Part shown: positions 29,699 to 40,483 of the stretch, piece by piece
How the letters are laid out: each line of letters starts with the position of its first letter
Numbering within the stretch: position 1 is the first letter of the stretch
From: an uncultured Bacteroidota bacterium
GTDB taxonomy: Bacteria; Bacteroidota; Bacteroidia; Flavobacteriales; Flavobacteriaceae
DNA: 64,000 nt
NCBI GenBank assembly: GCA_903902795.1
Contig: CAIUWH010000015.1
Span: 13,279 to 77,278, forward strand
Reading direction: 5' to 3'
Made by a program: the position numbers and the translations under genes
Notes under the pieces: generated by a model
Databases searched by the model: none
What the model was told of the DNA's origin: nothing
What the model saw: the letters and a program-made list of their open reading frames with translations, nothing else

Positions 29699-31249
29699 AT
29701 GAAACGACTTTTTTATTGCTGTATTTGCCTGTTCTTTGTTACTCTTACTTTTTCTCAAATTACCGAAACTCAACTGGATGAATTAGTCCAAAAAACCCAA
29801 ACCACTTTTAACGTACCCGGAATTGCAGTCGCCATCATCAAAGACGGCAAAATTGTGATTTCTAAAGGCTATGGTGTCACCAGCATCGAAACCCAACAAA
29901 AAGTAGATGACAATACGTTATTCGGAATTGCCTCTAATAGTAAAGCATTTACCGCAACCGCTTTGGCAATTTTGGTGGATGAAGGAAAAATCAATTGGGA
30001 CGACAAAGTAAAAAAATACGTTACCGAATTTAAAATGTACAATAAATACGTCACCGATGAATTTACGATTCGCGATTTGCTGACGCATAAAAGCGGACTA
30101 GGATTGGGCGCTGGCGATTTGATGATTTGGCCCGACGGACATAATTTTACTCCACTCGATATTGTTAAAAACATTCAGTATTTAAAACCCGTTTCCGGAT
30201 TCAGAACCAAATACGACTACGATAATTTATTGTATGTAATTGCGGGTGTCGTTATTGAGAAAGTATCGAAAAAATCATGGTGCGATTTTGTAGAAGAACG
30301 AATCATGAAACCCATCGGAATGAACAACAGCGCTGCTTCGTGGAATCGATTGAAAGATACCACCAACACCATCGTTCCGCATGCACCAACCGACGGAAAA
30401 TTGCAGATTATTCCGCGTTACAAAAATCCGATTTTTGATGCCGCTGCTGGATTATATGCCAGTACCAACGACTTAAGCAAATGGTTGATTCTTCAAATGA
30501 ATAAAGGAAAATACGGAGACAACCAATCCATTTTTAGTGAAAAACAACACAAAGAAATGTGGACATCGCAAACTATTTTACCCGATAGAAATCCGTTTCC
30601 CTACAAAACCAATTTTAGAAGTTACGGATTGGGTTGGCAACTGACCGATGTCAATGGTTTTCTACAAGTGTCGGATACCGGTGGATTAGACGGAATTGTA
30701 ACTCAAACCATTATGTTTCCAGAAATCCAACTCGGGATAATTGTGCTCACCAACCAGCAATCGGGCGCAGCTTTTAACGCAATATCAAATACCATTAAAG
30801 ACAGTTATTTAGGATTACCCGCTTTTGACCATTTGGCTCATTTGAGTAAAGACCGTCAAGGCAAAGAAGACGAAGCCGACAAAATCACCAATGAAGTTTG
30901 GGAAACCGTACAAAAAAACACGGCAAAAATTGATACCAAAAAATATGCTGGAACCTATAAAGACAATTGGTTTGGTACTGTAACTATTTCTGAAAAAAAC
31001 GGGAAACTCTACTTTGCATCCCAACGTTCACCGCGCTTAAAAGGGGAAATTCTTTGGTATAAAGATCAGAACTTTGTTGTAAAATGGGACATTCGAAGCT
31101 TTAATGCCGACTCGCATATCTTCTTCCAATTAGATGCGAAAGGAAAAATATCCGGCTTTAAAATGAAAGCAATTTCTCCTCTTACCGACTTCAGTTACGA
31201 TTTTCACGATTTAGATTTCAAAAAAATAGTGCAAAAAATCAAAGGCTAA
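29699..31249 (+). CDS. Serine hydrolase (beta-lactamase/PBP-like) with C-terminal DUF3471-like domain
   Basis: Signal peptide; SxxK (ASNSK), YDYDN, DLLTHKSG; C-terminal YAGTYKDNWFG. Confidence 0.85.
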   Translation: MKRLFYCCICLFFVTLTFSQITETQLDELVQKTQTTFNVPGIAVAIIKDGKIVISKGYGVTSIETQQKVDDNTLFGIASNSKAFTATALAILVDEGKINWDDKVKKYVTEFKMYNKYVTDEFTIRDLLTHKSGLGLGAGDLMIWPDGHNFTPLDIVKNIQYLKPVSGFRTKYDYDNLLYVIAGVVIEKVSKKSWCDFVEERIMKPIGMNNSAASWNRLKDTTNTIVPHAPTDGKLQIIPRYKNPIFDAAAGLYASTNDLSKWLILQMNKGKYGDNQSIFSEKQHKEMWTSQTILPDRNPFPYKTNFRSYGLGWQLTDVNGFLQVSDTGGLDGIVTQTIMFPEIQLGIIVLTNQQSGAAFNAISNTIKDSYLGLPAFDHLAHLSKDRQGKEDEADKITNEVWETVQKNTAKIDTKKYAGTYKDNWFGTVTISEKNGKLYFASQRSPRLKGEILWYKDQNFVVKWDIRSFNADSHIFFQLDAKGKISGFKMKAISPLTDFSYDFHDLDFKKIVQKIKG

Positions 31250-31392
31250 CGTGTATTGTTTGCTTTTTCTGACGTTATACTTTTGAATCTGATACGTATT
31301 AGAAATTTGTCTTTTGTCTTTTGGAATTTCTTCAGACTTTCTATTGGAAATTGAATTATTATTTCTAATTTTAAGGTGTTGAATACAACCCT

Positions 31393-33612
31393 ATGATAGA
31401 AATTGATTTAGAAGAAGAAAAAAAAGCACTTGCCCGAGAATACAAAGAATTACTCCGCATCAGTTACCAAACGCTCAAACCAGAAGATAAAAAACTGATT
31501 CGGAAAGCATTCGATGTGGCCGTTGATGCTCATAAAGACCAACGCCGCAAATCGGGAGAAGCCTATATATTTCATCCCATCGGTGTTGCCAAAATTGTGG
31601 CTTCAGAAATCGGACTTGGACCCACGAGTATCGCTGCTGCTTTATTGCACGATGTCGTAGAAGACACTTCAATCACTATTGCAGATATCGAAAAACAATT
31701 CAATCCCAAAATTGCTCAATTAGTTGAAGGATTGACCAAAATATCCCAAGTCAAAAAAGACATGAATATTTCCATGCAAGCGGAAAATTTCAGAAAAATG
31801 CTTTTGACATTGAACGATGATGTTCGAGTAATTTTGATCAAAATTGCCGATCGCTTGCACAATATGCAAACCATGGATTCGATGCCCGACTACAAACAGG
31901 TAAAGATCGCATCCGAAACCTTATACATTTATGCACCGCTTGCCCATCGATTGGGATTGTACAACATCAAAACCAAATTGGAAGATCTCGGTTTAAAATA
32001 TACTGAACCCGAGGTGTACGAAGATATTGTAAGTAAAATTAAAGATACCAAAGAAGAACAAGATGAATATATTAAATTGGTTTCTAATGTATTAAAAAAG
32101 TCTTTGGACGAAGAAGGTGTAGATTATATCATTAAAGGCCGACCAAAATCGGTGTACTCCATTCGAAGAAAAATGGCAGCCCAAAACGTCACTTTTGATG
32201 AAGTGTTCGACAAATTTGCGTTGCGCATTATTTATAAATCAACCTTGCACGACGAAAAATTTGTGGCGTGGAAAATATATTCTATCGTAACGGATCATTA
32301 CCGTCCGAGTCCGAGTCGTTTACGCGATTGGATTTCATCGCCCAAATCAACGGGTTACGAAGCCTTGCACATTACTGTTATGGGGCCGAAAGGACGTTGG
32401 GTTGAAATTCAGGTCCGAAGCGAACGCATGGACGAAATTGCCGAAAAAGGGTACGCAGCGCATTACAAATACAAACAAGGTTCAACCGAAGAAAGTGGTT
32501 TAGACGTATGGCTGAATTTACTGAAAGAAGCATTGGAAAATTCAGAAACCAATGCGGTTGATTTTGTTGAAGATTTCAAAATGAATTTGTATGCCAAAGA
32601 AATTTTTGTGTTTACACCAAAAGGCGAAATCAAATCGCTACCCAAAGGTGCCACATCGCTGGACTTTGCGTTCAGTATTCACTCGGAAGTTGGTGTAAAA
32701 ACACGCGGAACAAGAGTCAACGGAAAATTAGTTCCGCTCAACTACGAACTCAAAAGCGGCGATCAAATTGAAGTCATCACCTCGGTAAATCAAAAACCCA
32801 CCATCAACTGGTTGGATTATGTGACCACGTCAAGAGCCAAAAATAAAATCAGAAATGTTCTGAATGAGAACACGAAAAAAATTGCTGAAGAAGGAAAAGA
32901 ACTGCTCACTCGGAAACTAAAACATTTAAAAGTTACGTTGAACGAAGGCGTTGTCAATGAATTGGTGAGTTTTTTCAAATTGAAAACGAGTTTGGATTTG
33001 TTTTACCGCGTGGGAATCGGTTCCATTGAAAACCAACAACTAAAAGATTTTGCGGCTCAAAAAAGCAATACACTGATTAACTTCTTTAAAAACAAAATCA
33101 AACGCTCTCCCAATGCGAATCCCAATGAAATCAATAAACAGGAACTAAGCAATAACTATAATTTATTGGTTTTTGGAAAAGAACAAGACCGATTGGACTA
33201 CAAACTGTCAAGTTGTTGCAACCCGATTCCCGGCGACGAAGTATTCGGCTTTGTAACGATAAACGAAGGAATTAAAGTCCACAAACGCGATTGCCCGAAC
33301 GCCATCAGCATGCAATCCAATTATGCGTACCGCATCATGCCAGCCAAATGGATCGACTCAACGCAGCAGGAATTCAAAGCAATATTAAACATCACCGGAA
33401 TGGACACTTTGGGCTTGACTAACGAATTGACCAAAGTGATTTCCAATCAAATGCACGTAAATATTCAGAGTATTTCGTTGAGTGGAGAAGCGGGAATTTT
33501 TAAAGGTCAAGTTACCGTGGTCGTTCAAAATAACAGCATCCTCAAAAAATTAATTGAAAATATCAAAAAAATTGATGGCGTAGATAAATTAACACGAGTG
33601 TACACGAATTGA
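31393..33612 (+). CDS. rel: Bifunctional RelA/SpoT (p)ppGpp synthetase/hydrolase
   Basis: ALLHDVVED (HD), IKIADRLHN, GRPKSVYSI, EIQVRS, TGS domain and C-terminal ACT domain. Confidence 0.95.
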   Translation: MIEIDLEEEKKALAREYKELLRISYQTLKPEDKKLIRKAFDVAVDAHKDQRRKSGEAYIFHPIGVAKIVASEIGLGPTSIAAALLHDVVEDTSITIADIEKQFNPKIAQLVEGLTKISQVKKDMNISMQAENFRKMLLTLNDDVRVILIKIADRLHNMQTMDSMPDYKQVKIASETLYIYAPLAHRLGLYNIKTKLEDLGLKYTEPEVYEDIVSKIKDTKEEQDEYIKLVSNVLKKSLDEEGVDYIIKGRPKSVYSIRRKMAAQNVTFDEVFDKFALRIIYKSTLHDEKFVAWKIYSIVTDHYRPSPSRLRDWISSPKSTGYEALHITVMGPKGRWVEIQVRSERMDEIAEKGYAAHYKYKQGSTEESGLDVWLNLLKEALENSETNAVDFVEDFKMNLYAKEIFVFTPKGEIKSLPKGATSLDFAFSIHSEVGVKTRGTRVNGKLVPLNYELKSGDQIEVITSVNQKPTINWLDYVTTSRAKNKIRNVLNENTKKIAEEGKELLTRKLKHLKVTLNEGVVNELVSFFKLKTSLDLFYRVGIGSIENQQLKDFAAQKSNTLINFFKNKIKRSPNANPNEINKQELSNNYNLLVFGKEQDRLDYKLSSCCNPIPGDEVFGFVTINEGIKVHKRDCPNAISMQSNYAYRIMPAKWIDSTQQEFKAILNITGMDTLGLTNELTKVISNQMHVNIQSISLSGEAGIFKGQVTVVVQNNSILKKLIENIKKIDGVDKLTRVYTN

Positions 33613-33724
33613 TTTTAGAAAAATACACTAAGACTTTACATTATTAATTAGGCAATTGCGCTCTTATTCACACTTTAGTTGAATAACTTTTAACGTTAAA
33701 CTTTTATAGCTTAAACAAAAAAAT

Positions 33725-33732
33725 TATCTTTG
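33725..33732 (+). promoter_or_regulatory. Bacteroidota sigma70 -7 element
   Basis: tatctttg upstream of ATG 33739. Confidence 0.55.
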
Positions 33733-33738
33733 CCTACT

Positions 33739-34197
33739 ATGACACTAATTGCTTCCGATAACAGTAAAAATCAAGAAATTGTAAAAACAGTTTTTACAAC
33801 TTATCTTGAAAACAACGGACACCGTAAAACGCCCGAGCGCTATGCTATTTTGCAAGAAATTTACAACAGCGAAGAGCATTTTGACATCGAAAATTTGTAT
33901 CTTAAAATGAAGAACAAAAACTACCGTGTTTCGCGCGCAACTTTGTACAACACTATCGAATTATTATTGGACTGCGGATTGGTTCGAAAGCATCAATTCG
34001 GCCAAAATCAGGCACATTATGAGAAGTCGTATTTCGACAAACAACACGATCACATCATCATGACGGACAGCGGTGAAGTAATCGAATTTTGTGATCCGCG
34101 CATCCAAACTATTAAAAAAACTATTGAAGATATCTTTAATATTGAAATCACCAATCACTCGTTATATTTTTACGCTAATAAAAAAGCAAATAGCTAA
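33739..34197 (+). CDS. fur: Fur-family transcriptional regulator
   Basis: [29 protein letters not shown]. Confidence 0.85.
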   Translation: MTLIASDNSKNQEIVKTVFTTYLENNGHRKTPERYAILQEIYNSEEHFDIENLYLKMKNKNYRVSRATLYNTIELLLDCGLVRKHQFGQNQAHYEKSYFDKQHDHIIMTDSGEVIEFCDPRIQTIKKTIEDIFNIEITNHSLYFYANKKANS

Positions 34198-34245
34198 TTG
34201 CTTTTAGCTGACAGCTTAAATAAACAACCCACAATACAACAAAAA

Positions 34246-35517
34246 ATGACTGTAGATTTACTACTCGGATTACAATGGGGCGATGAAGGAAAAGGAAAAA
34301 TCGTCGACGTTCTGACTTCAAAATACGATATAATTGCTCGTTTTCAGGGCGGACCAAACGCTGGACATACATTGGAATTTGACGGAATCAAACACGTCTT
34401 GCGCACCATTCCATCGGGAATTTTCCACGATAACAACATCAACATCATCGGAAACGGGGTTGTAATCGATCCCGTAGTTTTTAAAAGTGAAATCGACGGA
34501 TTGGCGAAATTCAATTTAGACATCAAATCAAAATTAATCATTTCACGTAAAGCGCATTTAATTTTACCAACCCATCGATTACTCGACGCAGCTTCTGAAG
34601 CATCCAAAGGTAAAGCCAAAATTGGATCTACCTTAAAAGGAATTGGCCCGACGTATATGGACAAAACCGGCCGAAACGGAATCCGCGTAGGCGATATTGA
34701 AATGGCGGATTTTAAAGAAAAATACCGCGCTTTGGCTAACAAACACGAGGAGATGATTAAATTCTACGATGTGGCCATTCAGTATAATTTACCCGAATTA
34801 GAAAAAGAATTTTTTGAAGCGATTGAAGACTTGAAAAAGTTGACTTTCATTGATAGTGAAGAATATTTAGCGCAAGCTCAAAAAGCTGGAAAATCAATTT
34901 TATGTGAAGGTGCGCAAGGTTCCTTACTCGACGTAGATTTCGGAACCTATCCGTATGTAACTTCTTCTAATACGACAGCTGCTGGCGCTTGTACGGGATT
35001 AGGAATCGCTCCGAACAAAATCAAAGAGGTTTTCGGAATTTTCAAAGCGTACACCACTCGTGTAGGTTCAGGACCATTTCCAACAGAAGATTTTGGCGAT
35101 GCAGGCGATGTCATGGCTAGTGTCGGAAACGAATTTGGTTCGGTTACCGGACGAAAAAGACGTTGCGGTTGGTTGGATTTAGTCGCGTTGAAATATGCGA
35201 TACAAGTCAACGGTGTAACCCAATTGATGATGATGAAAGGCGACGTATTATCTGGTTTTGAAACGTTAAAGGTGTGTACCTCGTACAAGTATAAGGGAGA
35301 AATAATTCAGCATTTACCTTACAATATTGAAGAAGAAAATGTTACGCCGATTTACACTGAATGCAAAGGTTGGAAAGCCGATTTAACCGGATTGACCACT
35401 TTTGACAGTTTACCCAAAGAATTGAAAGACTATATCGAATTCATTGAAAAAGAAGTCGAAGTTCCAATCAAAATTGTGTCGGTTGGACCGGACAGAAAAC
35501 AGACCATTTTAAAATAA
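34246..35517 (+). CDS. purA: Adenylosuccinate synthetase
   Basis: GLQWGDEGKGK, GGPNAGHT, EGAQGSLLD, TGRKRRCGWLD; start MTVDLLLG at 34246. Confidence 0.97.
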   Translation: MTVDLLLGLQWGDEGKGKIVDVLTSKYDIIARFQGGPNAGHTLEFDGIKHVLRTIPSGIFHDNNINIIGNGVVIDPVVFKSEIDGLAKFNLDIKSKLIISRKAHLILPTHRLLDAASEASKGKAKIGSTLKGIGPTYMDKTGRNGIRVGDIEMADFKEKYRALANKHEEMIKFYDVAIQYNLPELEKEFFEAIEDLKKLTFIDSEEYLAQAQKAGKSILCEGAQGSLLDVDFGTYPYVTSSNTTAAGACTGLGIAPNKIKEVFGIFKAYTTRVGSGPFPTEDFGDAGDVMASVGNEFGSVTGRKRRCGWLDLVALKYAIQVNGVTQLMMMKGDVLSGFETLKVCTSYKYKGEIIQHLPYNIEEENVTPIYTECKGWKADLTGLTTFDSLPKELKDYIEFIEKEVEVPIKIVSVGPDRKQTILK

Positions 35518-35522
35518 ATAAA

Positions 35523-35554
35523 AAACCCTTTCGTAATGGAAAGGGTTTCTTTTT
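35523..35554. terminator. Bidirectional intrinsic terminator between purA and the amylase gene
   Basis: aaaccctttc-gtaatg-gaaagggttt stem with A and T tracts on either side. Confidence 0.75.
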
Positions 35555-35562
35555 ATAATTAT

Positions 35563-37434
35563 TTATTGAAGCTTCAACACAAAACTCTCACTCGCACCGA
35601 TACTGACTTTTACATTTCCCACACCGTTTTCAACTTTCAAATACGTCGTGCTTCCGTATAATTGATCGACTAGCGGATACTCACCATCTTTCAACTTCCA
35701 AGTTGCAATGACATCAGACGGAATTTTCAATCCAAAACTGCTGTTTGACACCCATGAGAAATTGGCCACAATGATAAGTTTTTCGTTTGCTGACCAACGT
35801 ACAAAAGAGTAAATTCCGGGATCATACCCATTCGTTACATCTCTATTATCCGATTGGATTTCTTTGAATTTACCCATTAAGGCATCGCTTTTTATCGAGA
35901 AGTTCAATAATCGTTTGTAAAAGTCGCGCAAGTCCTTTTCGTCTTTGGATAATTGTCCGCCGTCAAATTTTCCGCCATTCATCCAACGTTGGTGACTCGG
36001 AACTCCGACATAATCAAAAATCGATGTGCGTGAACGCGTTCCAAATCCGCCGTTTTCATTACCTGCTTCACCTACTTCTTGTCCGAAATACACCATGGTT
36101 GGCGCCGAACTCAACGTCGTCGAAACCACCATTAGCGGTTTTCCTTTTTCGGGAGTTCCCGCAAATTCAGGACTTGCCAAACGTTGTTCATCGTGATTAT
36201 CCAAAAAGTGCAACATATGATGTTCGATATCGGCCATTCCTTTTTGGATTTCTGAAAGTCCGTCGGGTATTTTTTTGCCTTGGATTACGTCTTTCAAATG
36301 ATCGTAAGTTTCTACCTTATCATACAGATAGTCCATTTTTCCAAGCTGAATATAATTTCTGTATTCGTTCGGATTGTATACTTCTGCCAATAAAAACGCA
36401 TGTGGATTTTTCATTTTTATAGCCGAATTCATATAACTCCAAAATTCATACGGAACCATTTCGGCCATATCGTATCGAAATCCGTCAACTCCTTTTGCCG
36501 TCCAATAGAGTGCAATATCTCTGAATTTTATCCACGAACTTGGAACATTTTTATCCTTCCAAAAAGCGAAATGTTCTTTGTATGATTTTTTATCGTAACC
36601 TGCTGGCAATTCAGGAAAATCTTTAGAACCATCTGGTCGGATTCCGTAATTTACTTTTACGGTTTCATACCAATCGTTGATGTCGGGTTTGGCCAAACGC
36701 GAACCATTTCCTGTCCATTTTGCTGGATTTTCATCGAATTTCCCATCAATAAGCGGATTTTTTTCTCCGTTCAATGGTCTATAATTGTCGGATGTTGGCA
36801 CTTGAAAGGCTTGTCCCGGAATGTAATAAAAGTTGTTATCTCGGGCATATTCGACGTTTACATTATCGTCGGCACCAAAATCGCGAACGCCTTTCGGATT
36901 GCTTTTTCCATCATACTTTCGAGCAATGTGATTGGGAACGATATCAATTAGTAATTTCAATCCGTTTTTGTGGGTGCGAGCAATTAAGGCTTCAAATTCT
37001 TCCAAACGCTTCGCCGGATTGACAGCCAAATCAGGATTCACATTGTAATAATCTTTTACGGCATAAGGCGAACCTGCGCGACCTTTCACCACTTCGGGAT
37101 CATCATTAGAAATTCCGATTGAGGTGTAATCGTTCACCAAAGCATGATGCGGCACTCCGGTATACCAAATGTGCGTTACACCTAAATTTTTAATTTCCGT
37201 TAAGGCTTTATCGGTAAAATCGTTAAACTTCCCTACTCCGTTTTCCTCGATCGTTCCCCAAGGTTTGTTGGTTGTATTCTGATTTCCAAATAATCGCGTA
37301 AACACTTGATAGACCACTTTCTTCTTTTCCACGACGGTAACTTTTTTATTCGATTTACTTACTTTTTTCTTTTTGTTTTGTGCGGGAGCACTTATCGCTC
37401 CTAAAATCAACACCAATAGCAATAACTTTTTCAT
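35563..37434 (-). CDS. GH13 alpha-amylase family glycoside hydrolase
   Basis: DIVPNH, GVDGFRYDMAE, LAEVY, FLDNHD conserved regions; signal peptide. Confidence 0.92.
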   Translation of the reverse strand: MKKLLLLVLILGAISAPAQNKKKKVSKSNKKVTVVEKKKVVYQVFTRLFGNQNTTNKPWGTIEENGVGKFNDFTDKALTEIKNLGVTHIWYTGVPHHALVNDYTSIGISNDDPEVVKGRAGSPYAVKDYYNVNPDLAVNPAKRLEEFEALIARTHKNGLKLLIDIVPNHIARKYDGKSNPKGVRDFGADDNVNVEYARDNNFYYIPGQAFQVPTSDNYRPLNGEKNPLIDGKFDENPAKWTGNGSRLAKPDINDWYETVKVNYGIRPDGSKDFPELPAGYDKKSYKEHFAFWKDKNVPSSWIKFRDIALYWTAKGVDGFRYDMAEMVPYEFWSYMNSAIKMKNPHAFLLAEVYNPNEYRNYIQLGKMDYLYDKVETYDHLKDVIQGKKIPDGLSEIQKGMADIEHHMLHFLDNHDEQRLASPEFAGTPEKGKPLMVVSTTLSSAPTMVYFGQEVGEAGNENGGFGTRSRTSIFDYVGVPSHQRWMNGGKFDGGQLSKDEKDLRDFYKRLLNFSIKSDALMGKFKEIQSDNRDVTNGYDPGIYSFVRWSANEKLIIVANFSWVSNSSFGLKIPSDVIATWKLKDGEYPLVDQLYGSTTYLKVENGVGNVKVSIGASESFVLKLQ

Positions 37435-37457
37435 GATAGGATTTTTTACATCGGTAA

Positions 37458-37465
37458 CAAATATA
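37458..37465 (-). promoter_or_regulatory. Bacteroidota sigma70 -7 element for the amylase gene
   Basis: caaatata on the plus strand = TATATTTG on the minus strand. Confidence 0.5.
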
Positions 37466-37583
37466 AAAAAAGGAACAGAAGTTCAACTATACAAGTCTGT
37501 TTTCTATGTTCTTTTTTCTATTTTCTTTTTCTACTAACCTTATAAATATTTCTTAATAAACCCCACACTTTACAGATTTTACT

Positions 37584-37591
37584 TAAATTTG
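37584..37591 (+). promoter_or_regulatory. Bacteroidota sigma70 -7 element for the OstA-like gene
   Basis: taaatttg upstream of TTG 37609. Confidence 0.5.
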
Positions 37592-37608
37592 GCTCAAAAT
37601 TACACCCG

Positions 37609-39246
37609 TTGAAAAAACACCTCGCTATTTTTCTTTTTATTCTGCCTTTTTTCGTCAATGCTCAAGTGGTACAAAACGGTGCTATTGTTATTGAACACGC
37701 TGATTTTCAGGACATCAACCAGTATGAGTTTCCAGATGCCATGATACTTACAGGTAACATTAGAGCCAATCACGACGGGGCAATTGTGACGTGTAACAAG
37801 GCCTACTATTACATGAAAGAAAATTATTTGAAAGCCTTCGGTAATGTTCAAATTGTTCAAGGCGATACGTTATTCCTAAGTGGAAATTACGCCGAATACA
37901 ACGGCAATGTAAAACAAGCCTACACCACTGGAAATGTATCGTTGCGTTCGCCCGAAATGTCGTTGGTAACTGATAAAATTAACTTTGACAGAAATACGCA
38001 AATTGCTTCCTACGATACTTTCGGAACTATTGTAAACAAAGACAATACGTTGACGAGTAACCAAGGAAAGTACTATGCTTCACAAAAGAAATATCAATTC
38101 TTAAGTGCAGTAACCATTACGAATCCGAAATACGTTATAAAGTCCAATCACATGGATTATTACACGAATTCGGGTCACACCTATTTATACGGACCATCAA
38201 CAATAACTGGGAAAGACAACTTTATTTATACCGAAAAAGGATTTTACAACACCAAAACCAACAAAGCGCATTTCGTCAAAAACTCGTACATTAAGTACAA
38301 CGACCGCCTCATCAAAGGCGATAGTTTGTATTACGATCGCACGCGCGAATTTGCCTCAGCAACCCGAAATGTAAAAATAACCGACTCCATCAACAAAGCC
38401 ATCATCAAAGGTCATTATGGTGAAGTGTATCGAAATAAGGATTCCCTTTACATTACCAAAAGAGCTTCGGTACGTTATTTTATTGATAACGATTCGATGT
38501 TTGTGCACGCCAAAAGACTAGTGGTTACCGGAAAACAAGGCGAACGAGTAGTTCGAGGCTACAATAACGTACGCTTTTTCAAAACCGATATGAGTGGAAA
38601 ATGTGATTCGATTCATTCCGATCAGAAAAAGGCGTTAACTCAAATGATTGGAAAACCCATATTGTGGAATTACGAAAATCAGTTAACAGGCGATGTCATG
38701 CACCTTATTGGGAATAATAAAAGTGAAAAACTCGATTCACTTAAAGTACTAAACAATGCCTTCATCACCTCGAAAGACACCATCGGAACAGGTTATAATC
38801 AAGTGAAAGGGCAAAATTTATACGGAAAATTCACAGACAATAAGCTGAGTGAAGTCGATATCATCAAAAACACAGAAGTCATTTATTATATGCGTGACGA
38901 CGATAATCAACTGATTGGTATTAACAAAAATGTAAGTAGTAAAATCAATATTATTTTTGATAAAGATCAAATTGAAACCATTACGTTTTTCACCGATGTA
39001 GATGGCGACATTTATCCCGAAAAGGAATTACCGGAAAACACCCGAAAACTCCGCGGCTTTAATTGGCGTGGCGATGAGCGAATAAAAACGAAAGAAGATA
39101 TTTATCCGCCCGAAGAAAATCAGTACGACCTCGATGCCCAAAAGGAAAAGCAAAAAGAAGATGCCATTCCCGACGCACCGATGGAAGTCCGAAAAGAAAC
39201 GTTGGAATACGATAAGAATAATCCGCAAAAGCCCGTTATAAAATAG
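37609..39246 (+). CDS. OstA-like (LptA/LptD N-terminal fold) protein
   Basis: Signal peptide; repeated beta-jellyroll segments; FFKTDMSGKCDSIH and LRGFNWR motifs of the Bacteroidota OstA-like family. Confidence 0.8.
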   Translation: MKKHLAIFLFILPFFVNAQVVQNGAIVIEHADFQDINQYEFPDAMILTGNIRANHDGAIVTCNKAYYYMKENYLKAFGNVQIVQGDTLFLSGNYAEYNGNVKQAYTTGNVSLRSPEMSLVTDKINFDRNTQIASYDTFGTIVNKDNTLTSNQGKYYASQKKYQFLSAVTITNPKYVIKSNHMDYYTNSGHTYLYGPSTITGKDNFIYTEKGFYNTKTNKAHFVKNSYIKYNDRLIKGDSLYYDRTREFASATRNVKITDSINKAIIKGHYGEVYRNKDSLYITKRASVRYFIDNDSMFVHAKRLVVTGKQGERVVRGYNNVRFFKTDMSGKCDSIHSDQKKALTQMIGKPILWNYENQLTGDVMHLIGNNKSEKLDSLKVLNNAFITSKDTIGTGYNQVKGQNLYGKFTDNKLSEVDIIKNTEVIYYMRDDDNQLIGINKNVSSKINIIFDKDQIETITFFTDVDGDIYPEKELPENTRKLRGFNWRGDERIKTKEDIYPPEENQYDLDAQKEKQKEDAIPDAPMEVRKETLEYDKNNPQKPVIK

Positions 39247-39295
39247 GAAAACACAGCGAATCAAAGCATATTAGACTCGCCTTTTGAAGCAGCAT

Positions 39296-40483
39296 ATGAA
39301 TAACGATTTCCTAAAATACCAAGCACAAACTTCGCCTTACCCATTAGGAATGGAAGTTTCACATGCCATTGGTTCCTACATCTACGATACAAATAATAAG
39401 AAATACCTCGACTTTGTTGCGGGTGTTTCGGCTTGCTCTTTAGGCCATCAAAACCCACGAGTCAATCAAGCTATTAAAGAACAATTGGATAAGTATTCGC
39501 ATGTAATGGTGTATGGCGAATATTCACAAAGTCCAGCTGTGCAGTATTGCAAACTATTGGTCGAACACTTACCACCACAATTAAATAAAGTCTACTTAGT
39601 TAATTCGGGGACCGAAGCCTGTGAAGGCGCATTAAAACTTGTACGAAGAGTGACTGGTAGAAGTCAGCTAATTTCCTGCCATAATGCTTACCACGGCAAC
39701 ACTATGGGCTCGATGAGCGTGATGGGATTTGAAGAACGGAAGCAAGTATTTCGTCCGTTGATTCCCGATGTCGATTTCATCACCTTCAATAACGAGGCCG
39801 ACATCCAAAAAATCACTAGCAAGACAGCCGGAATTATTTTGGAAAGTATTCAAGGTGGTGCAGGATTTATTCAGCCCGAAAACGACTTCTTAGCTAAAGT
39901 AAAAAAAAGATGCGAGGAAGTTGGTACATTGATGATTATCGATGAAATTCAACCCGGATTTGGACGAACCGGAAAATTATTCGGCTTTGAAAACTACAAT
40001 GTGGTTCCCGATGTAGTCATCATCGGAAAAGGAATGGCAGGCGGAATGCCCGTTGGCGGATTCATTGCACACGAAAAGCACATGGATCTGTTGAGTCATG
40101 ATCCGAAACTCGGACACATCACCACTTTTGGCGGACATCCTGTCATTGCGGCAGCTTGTTTGGCAACATTGCAAGAAATACTTGAAAATGACTATGCTTC
40201 GCAGTCATTAGCGAAAGAAAAGCTGTTTCGTTCGCTTTTGGTACATCCTTTGATAATAGAAGTAAGAGGAAAAGGATTAATGTTGGCTGCTATGACCTCC
40301 GACGAAGAAATAACCAATCAAGTTGTTTTGCGATGTCAAGAAAAAGGATTGATATTATTTTGGTTGTTGTTTGAAGGAAAAGCAATCCGAATCACACCAC
40401 CCTTAACAATTTCTGAAGAAGAAATTAAAGAAGGTTGCCAAATTATATTGGATGTGATGGATGAAGTTCAAAAAGGTTTATAG
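39296..40483 (+). CDS. Class-III PLP aminotransferase (acetylornithine aminotransferase-like)
   Basis: NSGTEACEGA, YHGNT, DEIQPGFGRTG, IGKGMAGG, TTFGGHP. Confidence 0.9.
   Translation: MNNDFLKYQAQTSPYPLGMEVSHAIGSYIYDTNNKKYLDFVAGVSACSLGHQNPRVNQAIKEQLDKYSHVMVYGEYSQSPAVQYCKLLVEHLPPQLNKVYLVNSGTEACEGALKLVRRVTGRSQLISCHNAYHGNTMGSMSVMGFEERKQVFRPLIPDVDFITFNNEADIQKITSKTAGIILESIQGGAGFIQPENDFLAKVKKRCEEVGTLMIIDEIQPGFGRTGKLFGFENYNVVPDVVIIGKGMAGGMPVGGFIAHEKHMDLLSHDPKLGHITTFGGHPVIAAACLATLQEILENDYASQSLAKEKLFRSLLVHPLIIEVRGKGLMLAAMTSDEEITNQVVLRCQEKGLILFWLLFEGKAIRITPPLTISEEEIKEGCQIILDVMDEVQKGL

Noticed and set aside
31306-31326. tttgtct tttgtct tttggaa upstream of rel
   Set aside because: Only two identical units in T-rich DNA, with no inverted partner.
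34191-34245. Weak 7-nt periodicity between fur and purA (tagctaa ttgcttt tagctga cagctta, then a CA-rich tract)
   Set aside because: It is too degenerate, and the downstream tract is not complementary to the upstream one. The ORF-track extension of purA through it is probably spurious.
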